From Alphaproteobacteria bacterium (GTDB taxonomy: Bacteria > Pseudomonadota > Alphaproteobacteria > UBA828), in assembly GCA_965214705.1 (NCBI GenBank), contig OZ243972.1, forward strand, positions 3,584,001-3,648,000: a stretch of DNA of 64,000 bases, in the 5' to 3' direction. Positions 21,082-31,560 of this stretch are shown here, piece by piece. The position numbers and the translations under genes are program-made. Each line of letters begins with the position of its first letter. Positions within the stretch are counted from its first letter, which is position 1. The notes below the pieces were generated by a model that worked only from the letters and a program-made list of their open reading frames with translations, did no database searches and was not told the origin of the DNA.

Positions 21082-22203
21082 TTACCGAACCGTGACAGAG
21101 ACCGCGATGGGTGCCTCGACCAGCACCGATGGCGCTTCAGGCGGCTCGGGCTCAGACTTGAAGTGTGGCCTAGGTTGTGTCCTGGCGAGCAGTGCGAGCG
21201 GCGGCTCAACCAACGCCGCAGGCGGCTTGGCAGACGCTTGGATCGCCAGCGAAAGCGGCGCTTCGATCGGAGCCTGGCGGGGCGGTCTCGCGGGCGTCTT
21301 CCGTCGAGGTGATTGGGCGAGTTGGCTTACCTCCGGTTGATCGAGCAGCTGCACGATGCCTGGGGCACCGGCACGAGCGACGAGTCGCGGCAGAACGCCC
21401 CACGTGCCGGTCAACTGGTCCTCGCCAACGCGGTTGCTCTGGGTAACGGTGCCGAGTCTTGAGCCATCGGGATGCAGCACATCCCAGGCAATCGTGACGG
21501 TCGCGCTATCCGTGGCGGTGTCGTCCCGTGAGACCGAGACCCAGCCCTGGATAGTCAGACTCCCGTCTTCGAGGTTATCGGTGACGGTGACGCCGACGCG
21601 GGTGAGTGAATACCGCATGGCGCGTGCCAACGCGATGCCTCCGTCGCCTGGGGCACCGCGAACGGTTTCGATCGCAACAGGCAGTTGGGGCGGACGATCT
21701 GGATCTAGGGCTGCCGGCGGTTTCAGCACGGCTGCGACCCGCGCGGCGGCCCGCTCAGCGACAGCGGCCAGATTGGGTGCCGTCGCTGAGCCGGTCGGCA
21801 CGCCGGGGCTTGGCTCCTCGAACCGGAGAGCAGTCTCGCCGTCGGGCGCGATCAACGACCACCTCAGCTTGCCCGCGGCGACCGAGACGCGCCCGGCCAA
21901 GACGATGCTGCTTCGGCTGCCGGCGTGGGTATCGGCCGGCACGTCGCGCAGGTGCAGCGCCTTCACCACTTTGTCCGCCAGCGCAGCCGATTGGTGTGCG
22001 GGCAGCCCAGCGATGGGCGGCACCAGAATGCTGCCCCAGGCGACGTCTCCGGGGCCCAGCCATGCTTGCGTGCTCTTGTCTACGGGTTGGAAGGGGCGGG
22101 GCAGGTCGCCGCAGGCCGCGAGCGCCACGCACGCGATGAGGCCCAGCGCGAGAGGCATCGCCCTTCGCCAGGCGCAACGGGCCACGCTGCCGGGACGCAT
22201 CAT
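21082..22203 (-). CDS. Hypothetical lipoprotein
   Basis: Lipobox LAAC followed by GDLPRPFQP; internal repeat of two similar domains; Pro-rich tail; sits between pgeF and prs. Confidence 0.7.
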   Translation of the reverse strand: MMRPGSVARCAWRRAMPLALGLIACVALAACGDLPRPFQPVDKSTQAWLGPGDVAWGSILVPPIAGLPAHQSAALADKVVKALHLRDVPADTHAGSRSSIVLAGRVSVAAGKLRWSLIAPDGETALRFEEPSPGVPTGSATAPNLAAVAERAAARVAAVLKPPAALDPDRPPQLPVAIETVRGAPGDGGIALARAMRYSLTRVGVTVTDNLEDGSLTIQGWVSVSRDDTATDSATVTIAWDVLHPDGSRLGTVTQSNRVGEDQLTGTWGVLPRLVARAGAPGIVQLLDQPEVSQLAQSPRRKTPARPPRQAPIEAPLSLAIQASAKPPAALVEPPLALLARTQPRPHFKSEPEPPEAPSVLVEAPIAVSVTVR

Positions 22204-22281
22204 GAGCTCGACACCGCCAAGACGCAGCTCGCCACCATGCCGACGAACAGCAGGACGCCGAAGATGATCACGTAGGGCATG

Positions 22282-23061
22282 TCAGGGGCCGAGAGCGACG
22301 ATCGAGATATTGCGACCGTAGTCGGGCTCGCCCCGGTGGACGCTCCGGCGGTAGCTGAAGTAGCGGCCGGCTTCGGCGCAGGTGTCGCCGCCGGTCGCTG
22401 CAACCGCCGCAAGACCGAGGCCGCTCAGCCGACGGGCGACGTAACCCGTCAGGTCGAAGAGGAAGTGCCCGTCGCGCCCCGCCGGCACGAACAGGTCTTC
22501 GTCCTTTGGCCTGCGAGCCAGGAATGGTGCCGGAAACTCGGGCCCTACCTCGTAGGAGGCCGCGCCGATCGCGGGGCCGATCACGGCCCGTATCCCGTCC
22601 GCTCGAGCGCCAAGGCGCAACATGGCCTCGACCGCGGCCTCCAGGATCCCGTTCAGCGCGCCGCGCCAGCCGGCGTGGGCTGCGCCGATCACGCCGGCCT
22701 CGCGATCCGCCATCAGCACCGGCACGCAATCGGCGGTAAGGATCGCCAATGCGAGTCCAGGCGTCGCCGTCGCCATCGCATCGACTCGAGGCGCGTCCTC
22801 CGGCGCCCAGGGCGCGGTCACCACAAGCGCTTCGGCGCTGTGTACCTGATACGCGGTGCAAAGAGTTGCGGGTGAGAGCTCGCAGGCAGCGGTGGCACGC
22901 GCGCGGTTCTCGCGCACCGCCTCGGGGTCATCGCCCGAGCCGTAGCCGCAGTTGAGGGAACGGTAGAGCCCCTCGCTGACGCCCCCGGCGCGGCCGAAGA
23001 AGCCATGGTGGATTCGGCCGTCGGGATCGTCCAACAGCGCATGAGAGATGGGCTCGATCAT
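22282..23061 (-). CDS. pgeF: YfiH/PgeF family purine nucleoside phosphorylase (laccase domain)
   Basis: HGFFGRAGGVS, QVHS, TADCVPV, AHAGWRG and YFSYRR. Confidence 0.92.
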   Translation of the reverse strand: MIEPISHALLDDPDGRIHHGFFGRAGGVSEGLYRSLNCGYGSGDDPEAVRENRARATAACELSPATLCTAYQVHSAEALVVTAPWAPEDAPRVDAMATATPGLALAILTADCVPVLMADREAGVIGAAHAGWRGALNGILEAAVEAMLRLGARADGIRAVIGPAIGAASYEVGPEFPAPFLARRPKDEDLFVPAGRDGHFLFDLTGYVARRLSGLGLAAVAATGGDTCAEAGRYFSYRRSVHRGEPDYGRNISIVALGP

Positions 23062-24146
23062 GGCGCCGCAGTTGCCTCAGTCTCGAAACCCGGTGGCGCA
23101 TCCAGCGCCGGGTGTGCGATCGCCAGTGCCTTGAACAGTTCGCCCATACCGTGCATGCCCGTGAGGCGGCGAAGCGCGGCGTCGATGTCGGCGGCCTGAT
23201 CGGTGCTCGCGTTCTGCCGCAGCCGGGCTGCGCGCGCCTCGATCCCCAACGACCGTAGGAATCGGCCTTGGGGCACCGGGCCGAAGACGCGGGCGCCTGC
23301 TTGCCGCGCCACCGACGCCAAAGCGGAGAAATCGACGTGCGCTGTCAGGTCTGCGTTACCGGGCTCGTGCAGCGCGTCGTGGCGACAGTGCCGCTTCAAG
23401 GCTTGCAGGGTATCGCCGAAGCCTGGCCGCTCGGGCCCGTAGTCGATGATGAGCGCTGCGCCGCCCTCCGCTGTGACCCGCTTGGCAAGCGAAGACACGA
23501 GTGCTTCACGCGCCGGTGCGCGTTCGGCGATGGTGCCGGACGGCGCGCACCCGAGGCCATCCTCAACGGGGACCGAATCAGAGGTGGCGAAGCGGAGTGC
23601 CTGGGATGAAGGCGCCAGCGTGACCACGCGCTCCCGCCACGCGTTGCCGAACCGTTCGAACTGCCGGATCGGTAGCGCGTCGAAGAACTCGTTGGCGATG
23701 ACCAGCACCGGGCCGGGGGGCACGGTCTCGAGGCGTTCGTGCCACGTCGGGCGGGCGTCAGCGAGCAGAACGGCCTGCTCCGCGCGCAAGCTCTGGCTCG
23801 ACTCGACGAGATGCAGGTCGATGGCGTCGCGAAAGGCGGGCACGGTCCCCGCGGCGCGCAGCGCATCGGCGAGGAGGGAGCCGCGGCCCGGCCCGAGCTC
23901 CACGAGGCGCACGCGCTGTGGCTGGCCCATGCTCTGCCAAACCGCCGCGCACCAGAGCCCGATCAGCTCGCCGAACATCTGGCTAACCTCGGGCGCAGTG
24001 ACGAAGTCGCCGGCCGCACCGATTGGCCGGCCGCGGCAGTAATAGCCGTGGGTGGGATGATGGAGGCAAAGCTCCATGTAGGCGGCGACGCTGATCGGCC
24101 CGTCGCGCCGTATCCGCTCCCTTATCTCTTCCGCAAGTGCGGTCAT
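23058..24146 (-). CDS. SAM-dependent methyltransferase, MidA/NDUFAF7 family
   Basis: GDFVTAPEVSQMFGE, ELGPGRG, ANEFFDALP and ADLTAHVDF. Confidence 0.92.
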   Translation of the reverse strand: MTALAEEIRERIRRDGPISVAAYMELCLHHPTHGYYCRGRPIGAAGDFVTAPEVSQMFGELIGLWCAAVWQSMGQPQRVRLVELGPGRGSLLADALRAAGTVPAFRDAIDLHLVESSQSLRAEQAVLLADARPTWHERLETVPPGPVLVIANEFFDALPIRQFERFGNAWRERVVTLAPSSQALRFATSDSVPVEDGLGCAPSGTIAERAPAREALVSSLAKRVTAEGGAALIIDYGPERPGFGDTLQALKRHCRHDALHEPGNADLTAHVDFSALASVARQAGARVFGPVPQGRFLRSLGIEARAARLRQNASTDQAADIDAALRRLTGMHGMGELFKALAIAHPALDAPPGFETEATAAP

Positions 24147-24973
24147 TACCCGGCCTGCCCGCCCGCACGGCCGTCAATCCGAGGCACCGGCGGGATGCGA
24201 AGGATGAGGAAGAGCCCGAGCACGATCATCGGGAGCGAGAGCACCTGCCCCATGCTGATACCCGGCAGGATGAAGCCGAGGAACGCATCCGGCTCGCGGA
24301 ACAGCTCGGCGATGATTCGGGCGACGCCGTAACCGGCGAAGAACATGCCGGCGACGGTACCCGGTCGCCGGACCACCCGCCGCATATGCACGGCGACCGC
24401 GAGGATCGTGAACAGGACGAGGCCCTCCAGGACTGCCTCGTAAATCTGGCTCGGGTGGCGGGGCTCAGGCCCGCCGCCTGGGAACACCATCGCCCAGGAG
24501 ACATCGCTCACCCGACCGTACAGCTCGCCGTTAACGAAATTCGCCATACGGCCCAGGAAGAGGCCGATCGGCACCTGTGCGCAAACCGCATCGGCGACGG
24601 AGAGCAGGCTAATCTTCATGATGCGGGTGTAGAGGACCACCACGACCAGCACGCCCAGGGCACCGCCGTGAAAGGACATCCCGCCCTGCCAGACCACGAA
24701 GATTTCACCGGGATTGGAAAAGTAGTAGCCCGGTTGGTAGAACAGCACGTAGCCCAGCCTGCCGCCCACCACCACACCGAGGGTGCCCATCACCAGCAGG
24801 TCGTCGGCGTGGCGCTTGGTCATTCCATCGATGCAATTCCCGGCGAGATAGCGGACGTACTGCCAGCCGAGCAGCAGGCCGACGACGTAGGACAGCGCGT
24901 ACCAGCGGATGGCGACGGGGCCGATCTCCACGGCCACCGGGTCGATGGCGGGGAAGGCGAGGGCGAAGGTCAT
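24146..24973 (-). CDS. lgt: Prolipoprotein diacylglyceryl transferase
   Basis: IRWYAL, GGRLGYVLFY, WQGGMSFHGG, GRMANFVNGELYGR and RHPSQIYEA. Confidence 0.96.
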   Translation of the reverse strand: MTFALAFPAIDPVAVEIGPVAIRWYALSYVVGLLLGWQYVRYLAGNCIDGMTKRHADDLLVMGTLGVVVGGRLGYVLFYQPGYYFSNPGEIFVVWQGGMSFHGGALGVLVVVVLYTRIMKISLLSVADAVCAQVPIGLFLGRMANFVNGELYGRVSDVSWAMVFPGGGPEPRHPSQIYEAVLEGLVLFTILAVAVHMRRVVRRPGTVAGMFFAGYGVARIIAELFREPDAFLGFILPGISMGQVLSLPMIVLGLFLILRIPPVPRIDGRAGGQAG

Positions 24974-25956
24974 CGATAGGGGTCGTCCTGGCTCAGATAG
25001 TCACGCACATAGCAGCCGACACCATCTTCGATAGCCATGAAGGGTGCCGTGTAGCCCGCGCGGCGGAGGCGTCCCGTCCGCGCCTCAGTAAAGTACTGGT
25101 AATGCGCGCGTATGGCTTCCGGCATCTCGACATAGTCGATCGACGGTGCGCGGCCGAGTGCCGCGAAGAGCGCATTCGCAAGCGCCGTAAAACTGCGCGC
25201 CGTTCCGGTCCCGACATTGAACAAGCCGCTCATCTGCGGATTATCCAGCAGCCAGAGCATCACGGCGACACAATCACCGACCCACACGAAGTCGCGGCAC
25301 TGGCCGCCGTCGGGGTATCGCGAGTCGCAGGACTTGAAGAGGCGGATGGGTCGGTCCTCGGCAGCGTCGGGGTACGCGGTCGCCACGACGCTGCGCTGGC
25401 CGTTCTTGTGATACTCATTCGGACCATAGACGTTGAAGAATTTGAGGCCGGCCCACTGCGGCGGTCTCGGTGCGCCCGCTGCCACCTCGTGAGCGACGCG
25501 GCGATCGAAGAGATGCTTGCTGCGGCCGTAGCCATTGAGCGGCTTCAGTCGGGCGAGCGCCTGGATCGAATCGTCATCGTCGAAGCCGCACGAACCGTCT
25601 CCGTAGGTGGCGGCCGATGAGGCGTAGATCAGCGGCACGTCCTCAGCCGCGCACCAGTGCCAGAGGTTCAGGCTGAAACGATAGTTGTTCCGCGCGAGCA
25701 GACTTGCATCGGATTCGGTCGTGGACGAGATGGCGCCCAAGTGAAAGACGGCGCGCACCTGCTCGGATTGGGCTGCGAGATAGGCGGGGAGGGCGGCCGG
25801 CTCGACGAAGGCGCCGAGCTTTCGCTTGGCGATGGTCCGACCGTTGCCGCCCGCGCACGGCGTGTCGCAGACCACCAGGGGGCGCTCGCCTCGCTCTTCC
25901 AGGGCGGCGATCAGGTTCGAGCCGATGAAGCCCGCACCGCCCGTGACGATGATCAT
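24970..25956 (-). CDS. hldD: ADP-L-glycero-D-manno-heptose 6-epimerase
   Basis: MIIVTGGAGFIGSN, GAISSTTE, YASSAATYG, FFNVYGPNEYHK and YQYFTEA. Confidence 0.92.
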   Translation of the reverse strand: MIIVTGGAGFIGSNLIAALEERGERPLVVCDTPCAGGNGRTIAKRKLGAFVEPAALPAYLAAQSEQVRAVFHLGAISSTTESDASLLARNNYRFSLNLWHWCAAEDVPLIYASSAATYGDGSCGFDDDDSIQALARLKPLNGYGRSKHLFDRRVAHEVAAGAPRPPQWAGLKFFNVYGPNEYHKNGQRSVVATAYPDAAEDRPIRLFKSCDSRYPDGGQCRDFVWVGDCVAVMLWLLDNPQMSGLFNVGTGTARSFTALANALFAALGRAPSIDYVEMPEAIRAHYQYFTEARTGRLRRAGYTAPFMAIEDGVGCYVRDYLSQDDPYR

Positions 25957-26070
25957 GCCGTTGCCTTCTGCCATGCCGTTCGAGTCGGCGCGGCAGGTTA
26001 TAGGGTCGCCCCGTCGGGGCCGGCAAGCACCAAGCGACATCGCCGCGCGAAGCCGAAGCGGACGATTCGC

Positions 26071-26949
26071 TCAGATCGTTCGCAGCAGCCCGCCCATGAC
26101 AAGACGCAACTTCTGGGTCGCGGTGAACCTGATGCGCCGGCCGGCGACCGGGAAGTCCGCCCGCTCGATGCGGTCGAGATAGGCCTCGTAGACGCTGCGC
26201 ATGAGAATGGCAGGCCGCATGGAACGGCGTTCCGAGCGTGGCAGCGCCTCGCTCGCGGCACCGAAATGCCGCCGTGCCATCCCGCCCAGCGAGCGGCAGA
26301 CCTTCTCCACTCCGGGCGTGCGCCCGATTGCCTCCGGCTTGATGTCCGCGAGCCCCTGCTTCTCCAGCAGCTCCTGCGGCAGGTAGATGCGTCCCCGCCT
26401 TGCGTCCTCCGCCACATCGCGAAGGATGTTGGTGAACTGGAAGGCCTGGCCGAGATGACGCGCGAAGGTGGGGATGGTGCGCGCGCGGTACTCGAAGATT
26501 TCCACCGAGAGCAGGCCGACGCAGCCGGCGACGCAGTGGCAGTAGCGTTCGAGCTCGGCGAGCGTCGGCCGCAGCATGGCGCCGCCGCCGTCCATCTCGA
26601 AGCCTTCGAGGATCTCCATGAAGTGCTTCTCGGCGAGCCCGAAGCGCTGGACCGGGATGGCAAGGGCGCGGGTCACCGGGTGGCGGGGCGTGCCCTGGTA
26701 GAGCGCCCGGACTTCGCCACGCCAGGCGTCGATCAGCGCGCGCGACTCTTCGGGGTCCTCGATCTCGTCGGCGACGTCGTCGGTCTCCCGGCAGAAGGCA
26801 TAGAGAGCCAGCATCGCCTCGCGCTTCTCGCGCGGCAGCAGCATCATCGGCAGGAAGAACGAGCTCCCGGACGCCCGCGTCACCTCGGCGACGTAGCGCT
26901 TCGGGTCGGGCGCCTCGGGAATCGGCAGGGTGACGGCTGTGCTCACCAT
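26071..26949 (-). CDS. hpnD: Presqualene diphosphate synthase HpnD
   Basis: SGSSF, LYAFCRETDDVAD, YCHCVAG and FQFTNILRDVAEDA..GRIYLP. Confidence 0.85.
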   Translation of the reverse strand: MVSTAVTLPIPEAPDPKRYVAEVTRASGSSFFLPMMLLPREKREAMLALYAFCRETDDVADEIEDPEESRALIDAWRGEVRALYQGTPRHPVTRALAIPVQRFGLAEKHFMEILEGFEMDGGGAMLRPTLAELERYCHCVAGCVGLLSVEIFEYRARTIPTFARHLGQAFQFTNILRDVAEDARRGRIYLPQELLEKQGLADIKPEAIGRTPGVEKVCRSLGGMARRHFGAASEALPRSERRSMRPAILMRSVYEAYLDRIERADFPVAGRRIRFTATQKLRLVMGGLLRTI

Positions 26950-27827
26950 GCCTGGACGATGCCGCTCAGCGCGAGGCCGGCGCGGCTCGTTTTGGGCACC
27001 CTAATTTTGCCGGCGAGGGGGTCGCCGTGCGCGAGCCGGTGCTGGAGCGCCCAGGCCAGCTTGACGATCACTGCGCACTCCCAGCGGAAGCGGCGACGGC
27101 GCACCGAGCCCGGCATCGCTTCGGCGCGCCGGAGCAGATCCGCGGTTCCTTCCAGGCACCGGTCGATGGCGTGGCGGACCGCCGGCGCCGCCCGCCGCTC
27201 GGCGAGCATCTCAACCCCGCCGCCAGCCTCTTTCAGCCAGGGTTCCGGCACGTACACGCGATCCAGCGCGAGGTAGTCCTCTCCGCAGTCCTGCAGATGA
27301 TTGAGCACCTGGAGGGCATTGCAGAGCGCGTCGGAGCCCTCGATATCGGCGTGCCCGCTTTCGCCGTGGATGTCCATCATCACTCGGCCGACCGACGCCG
27401 CCGAGCGCTGGCAGTAGTCCATCAGGTCGTCCCAGTCGGCGTAGCGCAACTTGGTCGCGTCCTGGATGAAGGCGGAGAGCAGGTCGCGCCCGTTCTGCGC
27501 CGGGCATCCGGTCTCGATCAGGCTGCGGTGGTACGGCACCGCCCAGTCGGGGAGCGCCGACTCATCCTGGCCGAGGGCGTCGCTCGCAGCCCGCAGCCGG
27601 GCCACCTTCTCGGCCGCCGGGATGGTCGGCGAATCGGCGATGTCGTCGGCCTTGCGCGCGAACAGGTAGAAGGCATGGACGTGAGGCCGGCAGTCGGGCG
27701 GGATCAGGAAAGAGCCGACCGGAAAGTTCTCGGTGTTGGCGCGGATCAGCGCGCGGATGTTCTCCTCGCGCCCGGCCGGCGCCCGGCCGCCCGTCGTTTC
27801 CACCGCCGCGGATGCGGAAACCGTCAT
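26943..27827 (-). CDS. hpnC: Hydroxysqualene synthase HpnC
   Basis: ENFPVGS, FARKADDIAD, AFIQD, YCQRSA and LQVLNHLQD...DRVYVP. Confidence 0.85.
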   Translation of the reverse strand: MTVSASAAVETTGGRAPAGREENIRALIRANTENFPVGSFLIPPDCRPHVHAFYLFARKADDIADSPTIPAAEKVARLRAASDALGQDESALPDWAVPYHRSLIETGCPAQNGRDLLSAFIQDATKLRYADWDDLMDYCQRSAASVGRVMMDIHGESGHADIEGSDALCNALQVLNHLQDCGEDYLALDRVYVPEPWLKEAGGGVEMLAERRAAPAVRHAIDRCLEGTADLLRRAEAMPGSVRRRRFRWECAVIVKLAWALQHRLAHGDPLAGKIRVPKTSRAGLALSGIVQAW

Positions 27828-27833
27828 CGGCCG

Positions 27834-29060
27834 CTAGGTATCACCGGCCAGCAGCCGCTCGGCGTGCTCCCTGGCCGCGCCGTCGATCTCGTACACGTCG
27901 TCGAGCCCACCCACGGTGCGGTGGTTGGTCTGCTCCAGGCAGCGTTCGACCGTCTGCGCGATCTCCAGGAAGCCGATGCGGCGCTCCAGAAAGCCGCCGA
28001 CGGCAATCTCGTTGGCGGCGTTGAGCACGATCGGCGCGCTGCCGCCCTGGGTCAGGGCCTCCCGCGCGAGCCGAAGTGCCGGGAAGCGCACCTCATCCGG
28101 CGGCTCGAAGGTGAGACGGCCGAGCGTCGCGAGGTCGAGCCGGGGCGAGGGCGCCGCCATGCGAGCCGGCCACGCTAGGGCGTAGGCGATCGGCGTGCGC
28201 ATGTCGGGCGTGCCCAGCTGCGCCAGCACGGAGCCGTCTTCGTAGGCCACCATGCTGTGGATCACCGATTGGGGATGCACCAGCACCTCGATCTGCTCCG
28301 CGTCCACCGGGAACAAGTGAAAGGCCTCGATCATCTCGAGGCCCTTGTTCATCATTGTCGCCGAATCCACCGAAATCTTGGCGCCCATGTCCCAGTTGGG
28401 GTGCGCTACCGCTTGCTCCGGCGTGGCCTGCGCCATGGTTTCCACCGACGCCTCGCGGAACGGCCCGCCCGAGGCGGTGAGCACGATCTTCTCCACGCTC
28501 TCTGCGCGCTCGAAGTCGAACACCTGGTAGATGGCGTTGTGCTCCGAATCGACCGGAAGCAGTGTCGCGCCGCCGCGCTCGACCTCGGCCAGCATGAGCG
28601 AGCCGGCGCAGACCAGGCACTCCTTGTTGGCGAGGCCGATGACCGCGCCTTGTGCGGCGGCCGCGAGCGTAGGCCTCAGCCCCGCCGCGCCGACGATCCC
28701 GGCCATGACGAAATCGGCGGGCGCGGCGGCGGCTTCCACCAACGCCTCGCGTCCAGCGGCGGCAGCGGTCTCCGAGCCGGCGAGCGCCTCCTTGAGCATG
28801 CCGTAGAGCGCGGGATCGCCGATGACGGCCTGCTTCGCACCGACCGCGCGGGCCTGCTCGGCGAGCTGCTTCACGCGGCGCTGGGCAGTGAGCGCCTCGA
28901 CCTCGAAGGCCGCCGGGTGGCGGGCGATCAGGTCGATGGTGTTGCAGCCGATCGAACCCGTGGAGCCCAGGATGGTGACGCGCCTGGGCGCCGCACCCTC
29001 GCCGGCGGCGGGGATGTACGATTCGGGCGAGACGTCGACGGCCGCGTCCATCGGCGCCAT
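27834..29060 (-). CDS. dxr: 1-deoxy-D-xylulose-5-phosphate reductoisomerase
   Basis: ILGSTGSIG, LANKE, PVDSEH, TASGGPF, HPNWDMGAKISVDSATMMNKGLE and NAANE. Confidence 0.96.
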   Translation of the reverse strand: MAPMDAAVDVSPESYIPAAGEGAAPRRVTILGSTGSIGCNTIDLIARHPAAFEVEALTAQRRVKQLAEQARAVGAKQAVIGDPALYGMLKEALAGSETAAAAGREALVEAAAAPADFVMAGIVGAAGLRPTLAAAAQGAVIGLANKECLVCAGSLMLAEVERGGATLLPVDSEHNAIYQVFDFERAESVEKIVLTASGGPFREASVETMAQATPEQAVAHPNWDMGAKISVDSATMMNKGLEMIEAFHLFPVDAEQIEVLVHPQSVIHSMVAYEDGSVLAQLGTPDMRTPIAYALAWPARMAAPSPRLDLATLGRLTFEPPDEVRFPALRLAREALTQGGSAPIVLNAANEIAVGGFLERRIGFLEIAQTVERCLEQTNHRTVGGLDDVYEIDGAAREHAERLLAGDT

Positions 29061-29186
29061 TCACGAAGTTCCTTCGTCAGCCGGAGTCTTGGCGTAGTAT
29101 GGCGAATATCTTTCCAGCCCTCTCTCGCCATCGCAACCGCAAAGGCCGAGGGGCCAAGTGAGAGACCCGCGCCGCCGGAGGACGAC

Positions 29187-29519
29187 ATGAGCCTGACCAG
29201 CAAAACCTGCGAACCCTGCCGGGGCGGCATTCCGCCGCTCGAAGAAGCCGAAGCACGGGCGTTTCTGGACCAAACGCCGGGATGGGAGCTGATCGACGAC
29301 GCCACCAAGATCCGCCGCACCTTCAAGCTCGGCGATTTCGTGGAGTCCATCGCGCTGGTGAACAAGGTGGGCGACTTGGCCGAGGAAGAGGGCCATCACC
29401 CCGACATTACCTTCGGCTGGGGCTACTGCACGATCCTGTTCTACACCCACAAGATCAAGGGCCTGCACGAGAACGATTTCATCATGGCGGCCAAGGTCAA
29501 CGAGCTGGCTGGCAGTTAA
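29187..29519 (+). CDS. Pterin-4-alpha-carbinolamine dehydratase
   Basis: CEPCRGG, EGHHPDI and THKIKGLHENDFIMAAK; GGAGG RBS. Confidence 0.92.
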   Translation: MSLTSKTCEPCRGGIPPLEEAEARAFLDQTPGWELIDDATKIRRTFKLGDFVESIALVNKVGDLAEEEGHHPDITFGWGYCTILFYTHKIKGLHENDFIMAAKVNELAGS

Positions 29520-29552
29520 ACTGCCGACGGGTCTGCGTCGATATTCGGGTCT

Positions 29553-29762
29553 TTACCTGAAAGAGGCCTGGACCACGCCGTGCGGGACGTACCGTGACGG
29601 TTGAGTGAGGCGACGCTCGACCTCGGCAGCCTGCTGCGGAGTGAGGTGGAGCGCATTGGAGTCTTGGTCAACCATGCTCAAGAGCACCGCGGCCGCTTCA
29701 TCCTGACGATCGGGCGGGAGCTTGCGCAGCTTCGCGATCGCCTCTTCGAGTCGCTCAGTCAT
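29553..29762 (-). CDS. Addiction-module antitoxin-like small protein, possibly truncated
   Basis: MTERLEEAIAKLRKLPPDRQDEAA...LTPQQAAEVERRL pattern; no toxin gene follows. Confidence 0.6.
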   Translation of the reverse strand: MTERLEEAIAKLRKLPPDRQDEAAAVLLSMVDQDSNALHLTPQQAAEVERRLTQPSRYVPHGVVQASFR

Positions 29763-29775
29763 GTTGGGATGTTAG

Positions 29776-30977
29776 GGAAAGTCTGAACAACCCCATCTTG
29801 GCGGCTTCGAGGGGGAGAGGGGGCTTGGATTTGAAGCTCGACGATATTGCCGGCAGGCCGGGGGCTACTTTTGCCACGGGATGCGTTGCGAGCGGGCGAT
29901 ATCCGTGTCGATCAGCGGCATTTGCCGCCGTCCCGCCCGCGGCGGGCAACCTGCTCCCCTGTCATTGCGTCGCGTAGCGGCCGGCGATCAGTAGGTTCGA
30001 GAACCCCAGCAGCAACGCGATGCGCTGCCTGTTCTTCGCCACGCCCCGGTAGCGCACCTTGGCGTAGCCGAAGTGCCGCTTCACGTACAGGAACGGATGC
30101 TCCACCTTCGCCCGCACCGACGCCTTGCGCGTCTCCGCCGCCGCTTCGGCGCCACCCCCGGCCAGCAGCCGGCGCCGCCCCGGCTTCATCGCCACACGCC
30201 ACTCGACACTGCCATCCCGGTGCTCAGGACGCTTCTCCACCCCCTGGTAGCCTGCGTCGCCCCACGCCGTCACCTCGGCGCCATGCAGCAGCGCTCCCGC
30301 CTGCGTCACGTCGCTTGCGTTGGCCGCCGTCGTCACCACGCTGTGCGCCAGACCAGACCCGGCGTCCACCCCGATGTGCGCCTTCATCCCGAAATACCAC
30401 TGCTTGCCCTTCCTCGTCTGACGCATCTCAGGGTCCCGTGCGCGGCGCCGGTTCTTCGTCGACGACGGCGCCTCGATGATGCTCGCGTCAACGATCGTCC
30501 CCGTGCGCAGCCAATGGCCGCGCGACGCCAGGTGCGCATTGATCTCCTCGAACAGACCCGCGCCCAGATCGTGCCTCTCCAGCAGATGCCGGAAGTTCAG
30601 GATGGTGGTCTCGTCGGGCAGCGCCTCCGCCAGCCGCAGCCCCACGAAACGCCGCACCGACTCCACCTCGTAGAGCAGGTCCTCCATCCCCGGATCGCTC
30701 AGGTTGTAGAACAGCTGCACGCAGTGAACGCGCAGCATCACCCCAAGCGGGTACGGGCGCCGACCGCGCCCCGCCTTCGGATAGAACGGCTCGATCCGCC
30801 GTTCCAGCCGCTCCCAGGGAACCAGCTTGTCCATCTTCTCCAGGAACAGCTCGCGCCGCGTCCGGCGCTTCTTCAAGTCGTGCTCCAGTTCCGAAAAGCT
30901 CGCCTGTGCCATGACCCGATCATCCAATCTGCGACTCCTACGAAAATCATGGCACACCCGACTTGATCAGACCTTCC
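29776..30977 (-). mobile_element. IS5-family insertion sequence, copy A (1202 bp)
   Basis: TIRs GGAAAGTCTGAACAA / GGAAGGTCTGATCAA; TTAG duplicated at 29772-29775 and 30978-30981. Confidence 0.93.
29962..30912 (-). CDS. IS5-family transposase
   Basis: PDETTILNFRHLLE, IVDASII, WYFGMKAHIGVD, WGDAGYQG and RAKVEHPF. Confidence 0.93.
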   Translation of the reverse strand: MAQASFSELEHDLKKRRTRRELFLEKMDKLVPWERLERRIEPFYPKAGRGRRPYPLGVMLRVHCVQLFYNLSDPGMEDLLYEVESVRRFVGLRLAEALPDETTILNFRHLLERHDLGAGLFEEINAHLASRGHWLRTGTIVDASIIEAPSSTKNRRRARDPEMRQTRKGKQWYFGMKAHIGVDAGSGLAHSVVTTAANASDVTQAGALLHGAEVTAWGDAGYQGVEKRPEHRDGSVEWRVAMKPGRRRLLAGGGAEAAAETRKASVRAKVEHPFLYVKRHFGYAKVRYRGVAKNRQRIALLLGFSNLLIAGRYATQ

Positions 30978-31056
30978 TTAGCAAGGGATGAAACCTCCCG
31001 CGAGCGCACGGAGGTCCCACAGTAAGAGCCGCACGTCCTCCGGCCGGCTACGCTGG

Positions 31057-31560
31057 TCACGTTTCCAGCAGCACGTCCAGTTCGGATATCCGAAGGATCA
31101 GCATCGGGGGCTCGCGATCCGAGAACGGACGGAAACCGAACCGTCCGTAAAACGTCTTAGCCTGCTCGTCGATGGCCTGCACCACGATGGCGCGGGCGCC
31201 GATGACCTCTGCCGCAGCCTGGGCACGGCGCGCGGCGTCGACCAGCAGGTCCGAGCCGAGCCGCCGACCCTGGTAGGCACTATCCACGGCAAGCTGTCCC
31301 AACAGGATGACCGGGACCGGTTCGGGCATGTTGCGGCCGGCCCGCGACGAGAGCCGCCGCTTCTCGATGGCGCTTGCGGCCAGACTGTAGAAGCCGGCCA
31401 CCCGGTTGCCGTCGCAGGCGACATAGGTGCGTGCGCCACCTTTGGCTTCGTTGAGGCGTGCCTTGCCTTGCAGCCAGGCGTCGAGGGCAGGCACGCCCGA
31501 TGAGAATTGCGAGACGTCGTGCCGGGGGCCGAGTGGTTCCGGCGCTGCTACCGGTCCCAC
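31057..31560 (-). CDS. GNAT-family acetyltransferase toxin (TacT/AtaT-like)
   Basis: FSSGVPALDAWL, PVPVILLGQLAVD..YQGRRLG and FYGRFGF; overlaps the DUF1778 gene. Confidence 0.88.
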   Translation of the reverse strand: MGPVAAPEPLGPRHDVSQFSSGVPALDAWLQGKARLNEAKGGARTYVACDGNRVAGFYSLAASAIEKRRLSSRAGRNMPEPVPVILLGQLAVDSAYQGRRLGSDLLVDAARRAQAAAEVIGARAIVVQAIDEQAKTFYGRFGFRPFSDREPPMLILRISELDVLLET

